From Lingula anatina (Eukaryota > Animalia > Brachiopoda), in NCBI GenBank assembly GCA_051362555.1, contig CM120646.1, forward strand, positions 15,438,001 to 15,502,000: DNA of 64,000 nt. The letters run 5' to 3'. Shown in pieces: positions 1 to 14,092 of the stretch. How positions within the stretch are numbered: the first letter of the stretch is position 1; each line of letters begins with the position of its first letter. A model generated the notes under the pieces. That model had not been told where the DNA came from, searched no databases, and saw only the letters and a list, made by a program, of their open reading frames with translations. The position numbers and the translations under genes are program-made.

Positions 1-1221
1 AAACAATACATGGCATTGTGCAAATGTACACTACAGCTACATGGTCCAAAAGATTTTGTACACTATTCACAATTTTAGAGCGAAAAAATACATTATACAA
101 ACAATATGAAACAAGTTCTTTGTGAAAAACTGAGAAAATGTTGTCAGATTCAATACACATTAAAATGCTGAAAGCTTGTGCTAGAGAAAAATTAAATTCT
201 CAATTACTGTAAAAATGACAATAAATTAATCTGAGAATCTGAATGATTAGCAACAACACTGATTACATAATTCAACTGGCTTAACCCTAATCTCGTCTTA
301 AACCCATAACCCCGAGTATTCAGCTTACTTTCTGTCCAATACAAAAAAGTTGCCTATAAGCCACACACACGGGGTGTCCAGATGTGCTACAAACACAAAG
401 AGCGACCATTCATTTGCGAAAACTGCAAAAAAAAAAAAATCTGTCGTCCCACAATTTCATCAAGTGTTACAGAAGCTAACTGGTGCAAAACAAGCCAAGT
501 GCTTTTTACACAAATCTCACCGGTTAAATGTTGGCATTCCAAAGTATCACAAAAGATGTCAGAAAATCATACAATAAATCACAGTCTTCAGAGCCCTTAT
601 TTAACCTTATTTCAAAATAAAAATAATAATAGTAATCCTATCCAGAGATCAGTCTTGAGATTATTTCTTAGTTATTTTTTCATTGGAAATGACACCTGTC
701 TGAAATTCCCTGACCTGCTGAAGCCAAACCCAAATGTGACAAACTATCACTAATGTGACTGGGTTGAATTAAAATGTTGTGGAAGATACTATAAAAATGA
801 TCAAGTTCAATCTAAACTTGTGATCCTTGTATTTGGTAATGTAACAAGTATTACTGCTATGCTTCATGGTGTGCAGCCTTCTCAAGTGAGAAATGAATAA
901 ACAGTTGTTAAATTGGCCATTAACTGCAAGTTGTAAGATTTGACAGAGTACATTTGTCTCCATGCAAAAGAAAAATAAAATTCCCTAAGATCCATAAGTA
1001 AGTGCTTGACAGAATACAATGTGTTACCAATAATACTATAATGATGTTTATTTCACTTTCCAGTGCCATCTGTCCAATGCTGCCCAGTGACTGAATTTTA
1101 ACAGAAAACACACACAAACAAACTTAACTATGTGCAAAGTACTGAGATCAAGTGTAAAATTTCCCTGATACAATCAAACTCCACAATCTTGCTGAAGAAA
1201 CGCAGATAGGCACATTTCTCT

Positions 1222-1254
<33 letters not shown>

Positions 1255-1666
1255 ATCCTGCCACAGAGGTAAAGTCTCACAGAGACCAAGTTTCCAGGAA
1301 GATGCTGGAGTCAATAGCTATTGTTATCTATTCTTGTTCATTTAACTTGGAAGTCACTAAACACCATGTCTGGCCAGGAAAGGAGTATTTTCTTTAGGCC
1401 AAGCACCTAACTCATTAGGTTCTGGTGGATGAAGAGTTTTTCAACAGTTTCTTCTTTTGAGATCTTCTAGTCAAACCTTGGCACAATTTAAAGGCAAAAG
1501 TAGTACAGCACATGGAAGTCAGTGTGTCATATCTAGAAAAAGAGGGGAAGTGAAATCCAGGAAGCAAATATCTGTCCCCTTTGTGTCCGTTGCACATCTA
1601 GTCCATTGTACGAATATCAATATTTAGATATAATAAAGCATGGCATGTCTCAATTCTTATACACCA

Positions 1667-2147
1667 TTATGCTTTAACCAAATCTGCTCCTCTAACCCAA
1701 TGGAACTTGTCCTGTTTCCGCGCATTAAATCCTGAAGAGTGGCCGACCTTGGAGTGGAATGGTTTGGAGGGACGAAGGGAAGCTTGATGCTGGTGCTTCA
1801 AATGACCTTGGCCTTGTTGCTGGTGGTCCCCTGACCCCTTCTGATAGTGCTGCTGATGCTTGGGTTTGGTGTTATGTTGGCTGTAGAATGGCTGTTGTTG
1901 AATGTTAAAGCTGCTCAACTGGTAGTTGCTATTGTTCTTGGAGTTGTTCTGAAGATGGTGTTGGAAATGGCTGCCCTTTTTGTTGGTGCGGAAGGTCTTG
2001 AAGGGTCCCTGCTTGCTCCCGCTGCCAGCCATGTGCTTCTGTGTCTTCTCCACCATGGCCTCTATGTTGATTGTGTTGGCATTGTTTTCTTTGCTGTCCC
2101 CCTTGAAAGAGGCCACCGTGCAGTAGGAATTGTGGTTCTCACCAAAC
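1667..2147 (-). CDS. BTG3/BTG4: BTG3/BTG4-like protein, last coding exon (spliced product 263 aa)
   Basis: Acceptor ttttccAG|G restores the phase-2 Arg codon, giving ...EVACR-FGENHNSYCTVASF, the end of box B. Q/H/N-rich tail ends DKFHWVRG, like the HW motif of BTG3/BTG4. Stop at 1667-1669. Confidence 0.88.
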
Positions 2148-2230
2148 CTGGAAAATAAAGAGCATAAATTTATCATCTAAAATTAAATTAATACAAATGT
2201 ACTTGTTCAGTTAGATAGGACTATGACTTT

Positions 2231-5200
2231 AAACAAGGCAGCAAAGCTGTCAAATGTACAGACAAAAAGCAGGAAATAACAAGGCAGCAAAGCTGTCAAA
2301 TGTACAGACAAAAAGCAGACAATAACAATGCACAAAACAGGCTACATTCAATTCTGATGCAAAAGTACATTATGCTTAACTGCAAATTCAACATCAAATT
2401 TTAATTATGCTCAACAGGTAATACCAATGTAAGTGAAATGTGTAACAAGCGTAAGGCTTCAGGCCCATGGGAGTTTAAGTTCACACTTTGAAAATGCCAG
2501 AATGAGAAAAATGAAAATTTCACATAAAACTGCTTAAATTCAATAATAAATGATAACCCATTTGAGCTGGCTTTCTAATTTGAACTGCATGCCAATCCTA
2601 CAAATCATACTTGTAAGTTGAAAATAATAATAAGTAACATAGTTTTCTTTTCATAATGTTTGTAGTAGCAGTGCAAAAAGATTTTTGTCAATTTTGATGT
2701 AACATTACATAATAAATTACAGAATAATTATCACCAATTTTTGATTATTGACTATAAATAGCATGGACATGTAGAAAATTTGATTACCATTTGGCTTCAT
2801 GTCCATGGGAGCTTCGATTCCCACAATGAATATGCCAACATGATAAAAATGAATATTTCACTAAAATGTATAACTTCCAGAAAAAGAAGCCAATTAGACT
2901 GCTTTTCCAACTCAGGCTGCATTTTAGTCCTTTGTTTCTTTTTTGAAAGTTTGACAATCATAAGTAACATGGTTTTCCCATAATGGTCATCATGGCAGCA
3001 GCACCCAAAATTGTGTTTTCTTCTATTTTAAAGGGATAATAACTCTTCGTACGAGATCTATATTTCACAATAAAAACCTTGTGAATAACTCATAGAAATA
3101 TAATATATTCTGTTTTACCACAAAAACAGCAGTTATAGATTTTATTCTGATATCTAAACTTGTCTTTAGACCATGTGACCTCCATTGATGTCTATACTCT
3201 GTTAAAATCTCTTAAGAGATTTTAACAAAAAACCAAACTTTTTAGAAAAAAACCAGGGACTAACTTTGAATGTAAAAATGGATTCATTAACCATTGGTAA
3301 GTATGGGAAAATTGTTGTTTACTCCAGGAAAATTCATTTTTTGGCCGAAATGAAGAGTTATTATTGCTTTAATGCAATATTAAGTAATGCTTAACAGCAT
3401 AATGACCATCAGTTTTTAATAATAAAAGATCCGTATCGTGGATTTTCAGAAAATGTGATTAGCATGGGTCTTCAAGCTCGTGGAGGTTCTAAGTCACACC
3501 TTGAAAATGCCAATATGTGAAAAATTAAATTTTCACAAAAAACTGATTAACTGCCAGAAAAATTTACCAAATAGTCTTCATTGCCCACTGAAGCTTTATT
3601 TAAGTCTCATGTTTCTTCTAAGTTTGAGAACAGTAAGTGACATGGTTTTCCTTAAATGGTCATCATGGGAGCAGTGTCCAAAATAGGGGTGTCTTCAAAT
3701 TTTGATGCACTATTACATAATGTTTAACAGGATAATTACCATCAATTTTTAATAATAAAATATTAGTATCATGGATATTCAGAAAATGTTCCTAGCAAAG
3801 GTCTTTAGGCCAAAGGAACTTCAAAGTCACACCTTGAAAATGCCAAAATGTAGACAAGACAGCACTGTCCTGAAATGTGTTTTTTTCCATTTTTAACAAT
3901 TTTTTAACATATAACAAAATTAACAATTTACTGCCATTTATATATGATCAACTAAGAAAATTGATGAGATGGGAAAAATATCAATAGAACAGTGTTTAAT
4001 GTCCAATTTCCTCCATTCTGAGTTTCTGAACATAGTCAATGAATGAATCTGACAAACTGCAATGATATGAGTTTATTTCCATTTTTGAAACACTATTATA
4101 CAATACATGATAACAAGTTTACCATCATTTTTACATAATCAACTAACAATTTTGTAAAGATGCAGGAAATGTCAAACAAACACTTTTACGAATCTTATTA
4201 GTTAAATAATGAGACTGTTAACATGCCTAAGAATTGAATCTGAGGAAATGTGAAAAAACAGCATAACTTATAAAATAGTGGCCCGATCATGCCGATTTTC
4301 GAACTTGACCTGCGTTTTAGTAAGATTGATTACCCCTATGAGTTTCATGACAACAGGCCTATCGGTTTTTATTGAAATGTGTTAACGATGTTGCATATAT
4401 GCTGAAAAGTGAAAAAAAAGCATAACTTCTACAATAATGGCCCGATCATGCTTATTTTCGAACTTGATCTGCATTTTATGAATACTCATCAGCTCTGTAA
4501 ATATAAAGCCAAAAAGTAAAACTGTCTTCCACTTATGGTGTTAATGCTGAAAGTGCACGGCAACAGTGACGGCGACATGATCGTCAACGGCGACGACAGG
4601 CGCAGGTGATGGCAATATGTACATACATATCTGTGTCTGTACATAATAAAATATATGTATCATGGATTTTCAGAAAATGTGACTAGTATGGGTCTTCAAG
4701 CCCGTGGAGGTTCTAAGTCACACCTTGAAAATGCCAATATGTGAAAAATTAAATTTTCACAAAAAACTGATTAACTGCCAGAAAAAATTACCAAATAGTC
4801 TTCATTGCCCACTGAAGCTTTATTTAAGTCTCATGTTTCTTCCTGCAAGTTTGAGAACAGTAAGTGACATGGTTTTCCTTAAATGTTCATCATGGGAGCA
4901 GTGTCCAAAATAGGGGTGTCTTCAAATTTTGATGCAATATTACATAATGTTTAACAGGATAATTACCATCAATTTTTAATAATAAAATATTAGTATCATG
5001 GATATTCAGAAAATGTTCCTAGCAAAGGTCTTCAGGCCAAAGGAACTTCAAAGTCACACCTTGAAAATGCCAAAATGTAGACAAGACAGCACTGTCCTGA
5101 AATGTTTTTTTTCCATTTTTAACAATTTTTTAACATATAACAAAATTAACAATTTACTGCCATTTATATATGATCAACTAAGAAAATTGATGAGATGGGA

Positions 5201-8160
5201 AAAATATCAATAGAACAGTGTTTAATGTCCAATTTCCTCCATTCTGAGTTTCTGAACATAGTCAATGAATGAATCTGACAAACTGCAATGATATGAGTTT
5301 ATTTCCATTTTTGAAACTCTATTATACAATACATGATAACAAGTTTACCATCATTTTTACATAATCAACTAACAATGTTGTAAAGATGCAGGAAATGTCA
5401 AACAAACACTTTTACGAATCTTATTAGTTAAATAATGAGACTGTTAACATGCCTAAGAATTGAATCTGAGGAAATGTTTAAAAACAGCATAACTTATAAA
5501 ATAATGGCCCGATTATGCTGATTTTCGAACTTGACCTGCATTTTAGTAAGATTAATTACTCCTGTGAGTTTCATGACAACAGGTCTATCGGTTTTCCTTG
5601 AAATGTGTTAACAGTGTTGCACATATGCTGAAAAGTGAAAAAACAGCATAACTAATAAAATAGTGGCCCGATCATGCCGATTTTCGAACTTGATCTGCGT
5701 TTTAGTAAGATTAATTACTCCTGTGAGTTTCATGACAACAGGCCTATCGGTTTTCCTTGAAATGTGTTAACAGTGTTGCATATATGCTAAAAAGTGAAAA
5801 CATAGCATAAATACTACAATAATTGCCCAAACATGCTGATTTTCGAACTTGACCTGCGTTTTATGAATATTCATCAGCTCTGTAAATATAAAGCCAAAAA
5901 GTAAAACTGTCTTCCACTTATCGTGTTAACGATGAAAGTGCATGGCGACGGCGACGGCGACATCGACGGCGACAGGGACGGCGACAGGGACGGCGACGGC
6001 GACGACAGACGCAGGTGATGGCAATATGTACAGACACATCTGTGTCTGTACATAACAAAAAAGGCTACTGTCAATTCTGATGCAAAAGTACATTTTGTTA
6101 AACTGCAAATTCAACATCAAATTTTAATTATGCTCAACAGGTAAAATTACATCTGTGTCTGTACATAAAAACGGCATTTCTTTAAAATAATGGCCCGATT
6201 ATGCTGATTTTTGAACTCAACCTGCGATTTAGCAGGAATGACCACTCCTGTGAGTTTAATGACAATTGGCCTATCTGTTTTTCTTATATTGTGTTTACAG
6301 TGTTGCATATATGCTGAAAAGTGAAAAAAAAAGCATAACTACTAAAATAGTGGCCCGATCATGCCGATTTTTGAACTTGACCTGCGTTTTAGTAAGATCA
6401 ATTACTCTGCATTTTAGTCCTGTATTTCTTTTTTGAAAGTTTGACAATCATAAGTAACATGGTTTTCCCATAATGGTCATCTTGGCAGCAGCACCCAAAA
6501 TTGTGTTTTCTTCTATTCTGATGCAATATTACATAATGGTTAACAGCAAAATGACCGTTAATTTTTAATAATAAAATACACGTATCATGGATTTTCAGAA
6601 AATGTGACTAGCATGGGTCTTCAAGCCCGTGGAACATGCCGATTTTCGAACTTGACCTGTGTTATAGTAAGATCAATTACTCCTGTGATTTTCATGACAA
6701 CAGGCCTATCGGTTTTCCTTAAAATGTGTTTACAGTGTTGCATATATGCTGAAAAGTGAAAAAACAGCATAACTTCTACAATAATGGCCCGATCATGCTG
6801 ATTTTTTAACTTGACCTGCGTTTTATGAATATTCATCAGCTCTGTAAATATACAGCCAAAAAGTAAAACTGCCTTCCACTTATCATGTTTACAATGAAAG
6901 TGCACGGTGTCGGCACCGGCGACGGCGACGACAGACGCAGGTGATGGCAATATGTACAGACACATCTGTACATATTTACTGTACTGTTTGAGAACAGTAA
7001 GTGACATGGTTTTTCTTAAATGGTCATCATGGGAGCAGTGCCCAAAATAGTTTTTTTTCAAATTTTGATGCAATATTACATAATGTTTAACAGCATAATG
7101 ACCATCAATTTTTAATAATAAAATATTAGTATCATGGATATTCAGAAAATGTGACTAGCAAAGGTCTTCAGGCCCATGGAACTTCCAAGTCACAACTTGA
7201 AAATGCCAGAATGTAAACAAGACAGCACTGTTCTGAAATGTTTTTTTTCCATTTTTAACACTTTTTTTAACATAAAACAAAATTAACCGTTTACTGCCAT
7301 TTTTATATGATCAACTAAGAAAATTGATGAGATGGGAAAAATATCAATACAACAGTGTTAAATGTCCAATTTCCTCCATTCTGAGTTTCTGAACATAGTG
7401 AATGATTGAATCTGACAAACTGCAATGATATGAGTTTATTTCCATTTTGGAAACTTTATTACATAATACACGATAACAAGTTTACCATCATTTTTACATA
7501 ATCAACTAACAATGTTGTAAAGATGCAGGAAATGTCAAACAAACACTTTTACGTATCTTATTAGTTCATTAATGAGACTGTTAACATGCCTAACAGTTGA
7601 ATCTGAGGAAATTTGAAAAAACAGCATAACTTCTAAAATAATGGCCCGATTATGCTGATTTTCGAACTCAACCTGTGTTTTAGTAAGATTGACCACTCCT
7701 GTGAGTTAAATGACAATTGGCCTATCTGTTTTTCTTATATTGTGTTTACAGTGTTGTATATATGCTGAAAAATGAAAAAAACAGCATAACTACTAAAATA
7801 GTGGCCCGATCATGCCGATTTTCGAACTTGACCTGTGTTTTAGTAAGATTAATTACTCCTGTGAGTTTCATGACAACAGGCCTAACGGTTTTCCTTAAAA
7901 TGTGTTTACAGGGTTGCATATATGCTGAAAAGTGAAAAAACAGCATAACTTCTACAATAATGGCCCGATCATGCTGGTTTTCGAACTTGACCTGCGTTTT
8001 ATGAATATTCATCAGCTCTGTAAATATTAAGCCAAAAAGTAAAACTGCCCTCCACTTATCGTGTTTACAAGGAAAGTGCACGGCGCCGGCATCGGCGACG
8101 GCGACGACAGACGCAGGTGATGGCAATATGTACAGACACATCTGTGTCTGTACATAAAAA
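2231..8160 (-). mobile_element. Tandem/nested cluster of non-autonomous Helentron-type elements (HINE/DINE-1-like)
   Basis: On the minus strand: 5' T-run + ATGTACAGACACAGATGTGTCTGTACAT (subTIR/inverted repeat), (GTCGCC)n microsatellite, ~159-bp tandem core, then 3' subTIR GTCTGTACAT + stem-loop GACAGC-TTT-GCTGCC + TTGTTT. 5'-end copies at ~4640, ~6050, ~6165, ~6965, ~8155. Internal 1224-bp tandem duplication (3480 vs 4704). Confidence 0.85.
3032..3368. mobile_element. 337-bp MITE with TTAA TSD (Kolobok-like), copy 1, inserted in a HINE
   Basis: ttaa|AGGGATAATAACTCTTCG ... GAAGAGTTATTATTGCT|ttaa. Near-identical copy at 33208-33544. Confidence 0.8.
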
Positions 8161-8703
8161 TGGTATTTAACTATATATTTGATTATTTGCTGAGCATGGG
8201 GAAGGAGAGCATTAATAATTATCAATACCATTATACCACTATAAATGACAAGTTCAACATTTTAATATTGCTTTTTGTCTTAAATCTGGAGAGTTCTAGG
8301 TGGATGATGAAACAGTAAGTAATGTTTGCAGCAATGTTTGCAAATGACAGTTTATCAAACTATAGGCCGAACCATAAGATGATTTATAAAAAAATTCAGA
8401 TTTCACAACTCCAGTTAGTGCCAATACAGCAAAAGGATTGCCAGACTAAGCAAAGTAATCCAAAATATTTCACTTTTTCCATGTGCTAACAAAGGCCATA
8501 CACGCAAGATGGGCATTTTTCATAACACCACATACAGCTGTGACAACATATTTCTCTGCTAGTAATAGTTGTGACAAAACCATCACATGTTCCTAACTGT
8601 ATCTGTGCACAAAACTCCAGAGGCAGACAAGTCTTTGTCCATGCTCACTGGAGAAGAACACCACCTGCTCCCAATTTCAGTGCTACCACACTCAAGACAC
8701 TTA

Positions 8704-8915
8704 CACCCCATTTCCATAGATTAGATCGACCTAGTTTAGATCGACCTAACTCCCTGGGGGTTCACGCTAAATAGCTGTCAGCCGGGCGGACACGAAAGTT
8801 AATTACACCCTTACAGCTTGTAGTAGGCGGGACGGACATTTAAGTCGGATTATCTGAAAGTAATCTAGTGAGACTCCCGGGGATAGATCGATCTAAAATC
8901 TATGGGAATAGAGCC
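8704..8915. mobile_element. ~215-bp MITE with TTA TSD (PIF/Harbinger-like)
   Basis: tta|CACCCCATTTCCATAGATTAGATCGA ... TCGATCTAAAATCTATGGGAATAGAGCC|tta. Further copies at ~26533-26747 (inverted) and 50215-50647 (tandem pair). Confidence 0.75.
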
Positions 8916-8918
8916 TTA

Positions 8919-9167
8919 GGCTCCCTTCACACAGACGCTACTGGTCTACAAAGTTCAATCCAACTCTGCGGGACTCTCACCAAGTGCAATCAGCTTAACT
9001 GAATGAAATGCCTCTTCTTATTTCCAACATACCTGTATAATCACATCTTTTCTGTATTCGACTCAACCACAAGGACTGTCATTCCGTTTAGCTGATTGCA
9101 CTAAACGAGAGTCTCCACAGAGTTGGATTGATTGACATAGATCAATGGTGTCTATGAGAAAGGGGTC
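8919..9167. mobile_element. Fold-back MITE (Harbinger-like) abutting the previous MITE
   Basis: tta|GGCTCCCTTCACACAGAC ... GTCTATGAGAAAGGGGTC|tta. Internal inverted arms (caatccaactctg/cagagttggattg; gtgcaatcagct/agctgattgcac). Confidence 0.6.
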
Positions 9168-11956
9168 TTAGAGAAAGTAAACTGAGCTCCTATATCCCTG
9201 ACATAACTAAATGCTGATGAAAATCTATGAGCACTTTTATTTTTATTTTTTAACTTGCAAACAATCTTCTTATCCTGACTGAACTCTAAATTTGAATTCA
9301 GATAATTAGTATATTTAAACAACATCACTGCAGTACATCTTGCAGCATATTGTCATAAGAAGATACTCCAAAAGGAAGGGCTGATTAAGACATTTATCTG
9401 AGAAGATAAAATTGATCTTAATCTGGGTTAAATTTGTAGTACTGTACATGCATATCAGATCATCTTCTGGGGCAGATCATATCAGCGCACATATTCTACA
9501 TTTCAAATGGAGCTTAACAAATACCAAAAAGTGTGTTAAACACCCTAGTCCTTTCCATTTGAACCACAATCAAACTAGTAAATTCCCAATGGCCGATAAC
9601 AGAAAGGTACGAGTAGAGTCATGTTTCTCAGATATACAACAGCTCTCTGTGTATGTGTAGCTCAGTGTCTATTGTGGTTGTCTGACCCCAGGTCAACACC
9701 TGCCCACAGCTCATTACATAACTAATATTTTAACATAATCTGCCTGGGTGCCTTGGATAATATTTATGATAATCCAAATCTAGAAAATTGCCTGAAAGGG
9801 GGTTAGAAAAATTCTATTAAGTATGCTGTTACAAATTTGATCTTTGCAATGAGGCTTAATACTGAGATGTACATAAATCATCAACTTAAACTGCCACAGC
9901 TTCAGTTTGATATTTTTTCTGAATGTTTGTTTTCTTATCTACTCTGCATTAAAGTTCGACTGCATGTGTTCCAACTATTCAATTTCAATTTTGTTATCTA
10001 CTTTGTTAATTGCTCATTATCTTACCTTCCTTCTAGGTAATAAAAAAAAGGACACCAAAGGGAGGGGGCGATAATATAAAATGTCCCATGAAGTACGGCT
10101 ATAAAGAACAAAATTAGAAGTGACCATGGCAAGTTTACATTATGATAATCCAAAGCCACATTTCAATGTAACTTGAAGAGCCAGATAGGGTCATAAGGCA
10201 ATAAATAATGGGGAGACTTTTCAGCTTTTGCCTTTCAGCTAATATCATATCTAGCACCAATCCCTTTCTTTTGAACAATAGCACAAAGACTGGCAGGTGT
10301 TTGGAGACTTGGACACAGTGGTAGACTTTGACAACCACCTAATGCTATTAGAATCCTCTTAAAAATTTACCTGGAAGTTATTATTACTAGTAGTGCAATT
10401 ACAAGCCAAAAGAAAAGCCTTTGTTGCAGAAGTGGCCATGGCAAAACTAACACCCCTTAGGTGAAGAATATCAATGTTATATAAGTAAAATAAATTCTAT
10501 GAACTATTTTATTTGTCATAAACATTCAGTAAAAATAGCTAAAAAGCAGTGTGGAGTAACTGATTTGAACATTCAAAGTCAGGCTTTTAAAAAAACGATT
10601 CCATTTTCCAAGTAATTACTTTCAAATGTAAATAAATTTTAAGTTGCCATCTGAGTTTTTTCTATTATACATAATTTTCAAGTCTAAGGGGAAAAAATGC
10701 AAGCTCTGATTGCCAGGCAAGCACCAACTGACCAATAGGTAGATGCCTACTGGTATGAAAAAATGTACAAAAAACACATGGCACTGTGGCATGTGCATTT
10801 ACATGTGAACAGTTCAAAAGGGGGATCTATCCTATATCTAGTCTCAACCCCCCCCCCCCCTATATAAAATCATGTAAATGTGATCTCAATACTTACTTCC
10901 AAGGCCTATGATGTTAAAGTCATATCTTGGCAAATGAAAATGAAATTGCCATTAAAAATTCATTATTCTATGGTAATTGATACACTGTTTCTGAACAAAG
11001 AAAAAATGCTCCACTAATGTGGTAAATTCCTAGTGCACAAGCAGACTTGCACTGTTATCATTTCCTTCTAAAAACCACCACAGCATAAGTTTATCTCCAA
11101 CTGCAATGCATTTAGAATAAAACAAGGAATATTTCCCTATATCACCACACAATTACCATCCCAGTGGCGTGGAGACATTGCTGAGCAGTTAGTCAACCTT
11201 CCTAAGGCTGTGCTCATCCCTCACATCCCTAGCCCATTAAGATGATAGAGATGTGACCCAAGTCAAGCTACCAGGCCAACCACTTGAGGGAAATAAGCAC
11301 CTTCAGTAAAATTTCCTTTCTTTATCCATGTACTTTCTGTTTCACAGTAAGGGAATTCCATGAGTAATCTCACACAGAGATATGAATAGGTTAAAGAAAC
11401 AAGGCAGCAAAGCTGTCAAATGTACAGACAAAAAGCAGGAAATAACTGCACAAAATAGGCTACTGTCAATTCTGATGCAAAAGTACATTATGTTAAACTG
11501 CAAATTCAACATCAAATTTTTATTATGCTCAACAGGTAATACCAATGTAAGTAAAATGTGTAACAAGCATAAGGCTTCAGGCCCATGGGAGTTCAAGTTA
11601 CACTTTGAAAATGTATAACTTTCACAAAAAGAAGCCAATTAGACTGCTTTTCCAACTGAGGCAGCATTTTAGCCCTGTATTTCTTTTTGGCAATCCTAAG
11701 TAACTTGGTTTTCCCATAATGGTCATCATGGCAGCAGCTCCCAGAATTTTCTTCTATTCTGATGGAATATTACATAATGGTTAACAGCATAATGACCATC
11801 AATTTTCAATAATAAAATAAACATATCATGGATTTTCAGAAAGTGTGACTAGCATGGGTCTTCGAGGAACTTCAAAGTCACACCTTGAAAATGCCAATAA
11901 GTTAAAAATTAAATTTTCACAAAAAAACTGTTTAACTGGCAGAAAGAATTACTTAA

Positions 11957-13531
11957 GGGATCTTGGATATTAACGAAAAAGTCCAAAACAAATGCAGCTA
12001 ATGAAATTTCCTATTAACTAAAAGAAAAGGTCTAGCAAGCCAAACAATTTTTCAAAGTTTGTAGTCACAGTGTAACACGAGTGACGTAATATCAGCGTTT
12101 TGAGGCTAAAATTGTCTTTTTTTTAATCAAGAATTTCTCTTAAACAAAAAGCCCTATTAATGCGATTGAAATAGCTATCTAAAGGTTAGCACAAACTCCA
12201 TTAAACTCTGTCAGGATTTTCTCTTTTTATTTTTACTTTTGATTTTATTTTGATAAAACGTGAATTTTACGAAAAATATATGGACCTTCCGATTTCAGTA
12301 TTAATAACTTCAAAAATAAAAGGTCAATCCAAAAACCAAGACTCAGACGACTAGATATTATACTGAAACGGAGACACATCAAATTTCATGTCAATCTGAC
12401 AGTTACAGAATGAGATATGGGGATTGAAGTTTAGACTATGTTATCAATCTTCAAAGCTGAGAAATCGCTCCTAAACCATTTTGCTCAGGTAATTGGGCTA
12501 TTTAAGCAAAATAATTGCACCTCCACCTTACCTGTTATCATCTTGTTGATCGGGAAGGTCTATACACCATTACGTGTTAAAATTGGGTTGTTTGTTTCTA
12601 TCTAGATGCCAGAAAATCTTACTTTTGTACGCAAACTTATTCGTACCACGAAAGTCGCTCTTCCATGGGAAATGATTGACAGCTGAGTAGGTCTACCTAC
12701 TCTCGTTTCACTGACGTAATTAATCATAATTGTGCCTGACGCAGTAGGAGTCTGTGCACTGTCTAGGAAGTGTCTAAGGAAGCGCTTACAAACAAAAAGA
12801 GGATTGCTTGGTGTGCCAGCAGAGGACAATGCCACCCGTCGTGCGTGGGCGCCGCTCTACACACCAAGACGCGAAAATTGAGAAAGTAAAGCAAGATTAA
12901 CTCCGAGAAATGGCCGAAGGTGGGTACATATATGCCATGATGCCACAGAGTGCCAAGACCGTAATATGCGAATTTGAAAATGTTTTGGGTGGCAATATTA
13001 CTGTAAAACTTGCTTGCTATTACAATCTTTATTGTGCATAAAATGATTGCCTAACGATTTTTTTCTGACAACCCCAGACGTTGTACGAATACTCAGCAGT
13101 TCAAGTGTGATCTCGAGTCTTTACCGCGGGGTTTCTCCATCCACCAGAAGCACTCTCTTTCACAATTCTCTTGCTTTCCTCGCTCATCCGTTTTCTCACG
13201 ACTTTCTTTCTTCCCATGACTGTGTATATAACTGTGTTCTGCTTAGCTGACGTAAGACTTATGAGCTGCCAGGGCACGCGTAACAGCTTTAGAAGTTAGA
13301 CAACCATTCTTGCCCCGCCCCCCATAGTAACGGTGCTTGACAACGGAGGCGGAGCCTAAAGCCTGCCACCCGTACCAGTCAGGACAGGTAGAAAAACTCG
13401 TCCAAATGTATATTTTTAGTCCGTGTTTCACAAATATAACTTAATTGAGTATTAGATACAAAATTGATTATTTCTAACGTATAAAAAACTAAAAATCGAG
13501 TTTTAGACGTATTTTTAATATCCTAGACCCC
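11957..13531. mobile_element. 1.6-kb non-autonomous DNA transposon, Kolobok-like
   Basis: ttaa|GGGATCTTGGATATTAA ... TTAATATCCTAGACCCC|ttaa. TTAA TSD with purine (GG) termini. The flanks rejoin into an intact HINE (compare 40325-40350). Confidence 0.8.
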
Positions 13532-13965
13532 TTAACAGACTGCATTGCCTACTGAAGCTGTATTTTAGTCCCATGTTTCTTTCCTGTAAGTTTGAGAGCA
13601 GTAAGTGACATGGTTTTTCTTATATGGTCATCATGGGAGCAGTGCCTAAAATAGTTTTTTTTTCAAATTTTGATGCAAGATTACATAATGTTTAACAGCA
13701 TAATGACCATCAACTTTAGTAACATGGATATTCAGAAAATGTGACTAGCAAAGGTCTTCAGGCCCATGGAACTTCAAAGTCACAACTTGAAAATGACAAA
13801 ATGTAAACAAGACAGCACTGTTCTGAAATGTTTTTTCCCCATTTTTAACAATTTTTAACATATATCAAAATTCACAGTTTACTGCCATTTATATATAATC
13901 AACTATAAAAATTAATGAGATAGGAAAAATATCAATAGAGCAGTGTTAAATGTCCAATTTCTTCC

Positions 13966-14092
13966 CAGAAGAATTTCATCAGCTGTGTTAAGTTTTAAGA
14001 ATGATGTGAATTTTTCTTCAGTCAACAGCTAATATGGAGGTAAAACCTATCTCAATATTAGCTGTTGACTGAAGAAAAATTCACATCATTCA
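13966..14092. repeat. Palindromic insertion with 10-bp target duplication
   Basis: AATTTCTTCC at 13956-13965 and 14093-14102. ~37-bp perfect inverted arms spanning 13999-14091. Confidence 0.75.

Noticed and set aside
350-1597. Short ORFs downstream of the BTG stop, including a CxxC-containing 123-aa ORF
   Set aside because: AT-rich probable BTG 3'UTR with no coherent domain or splice structure.
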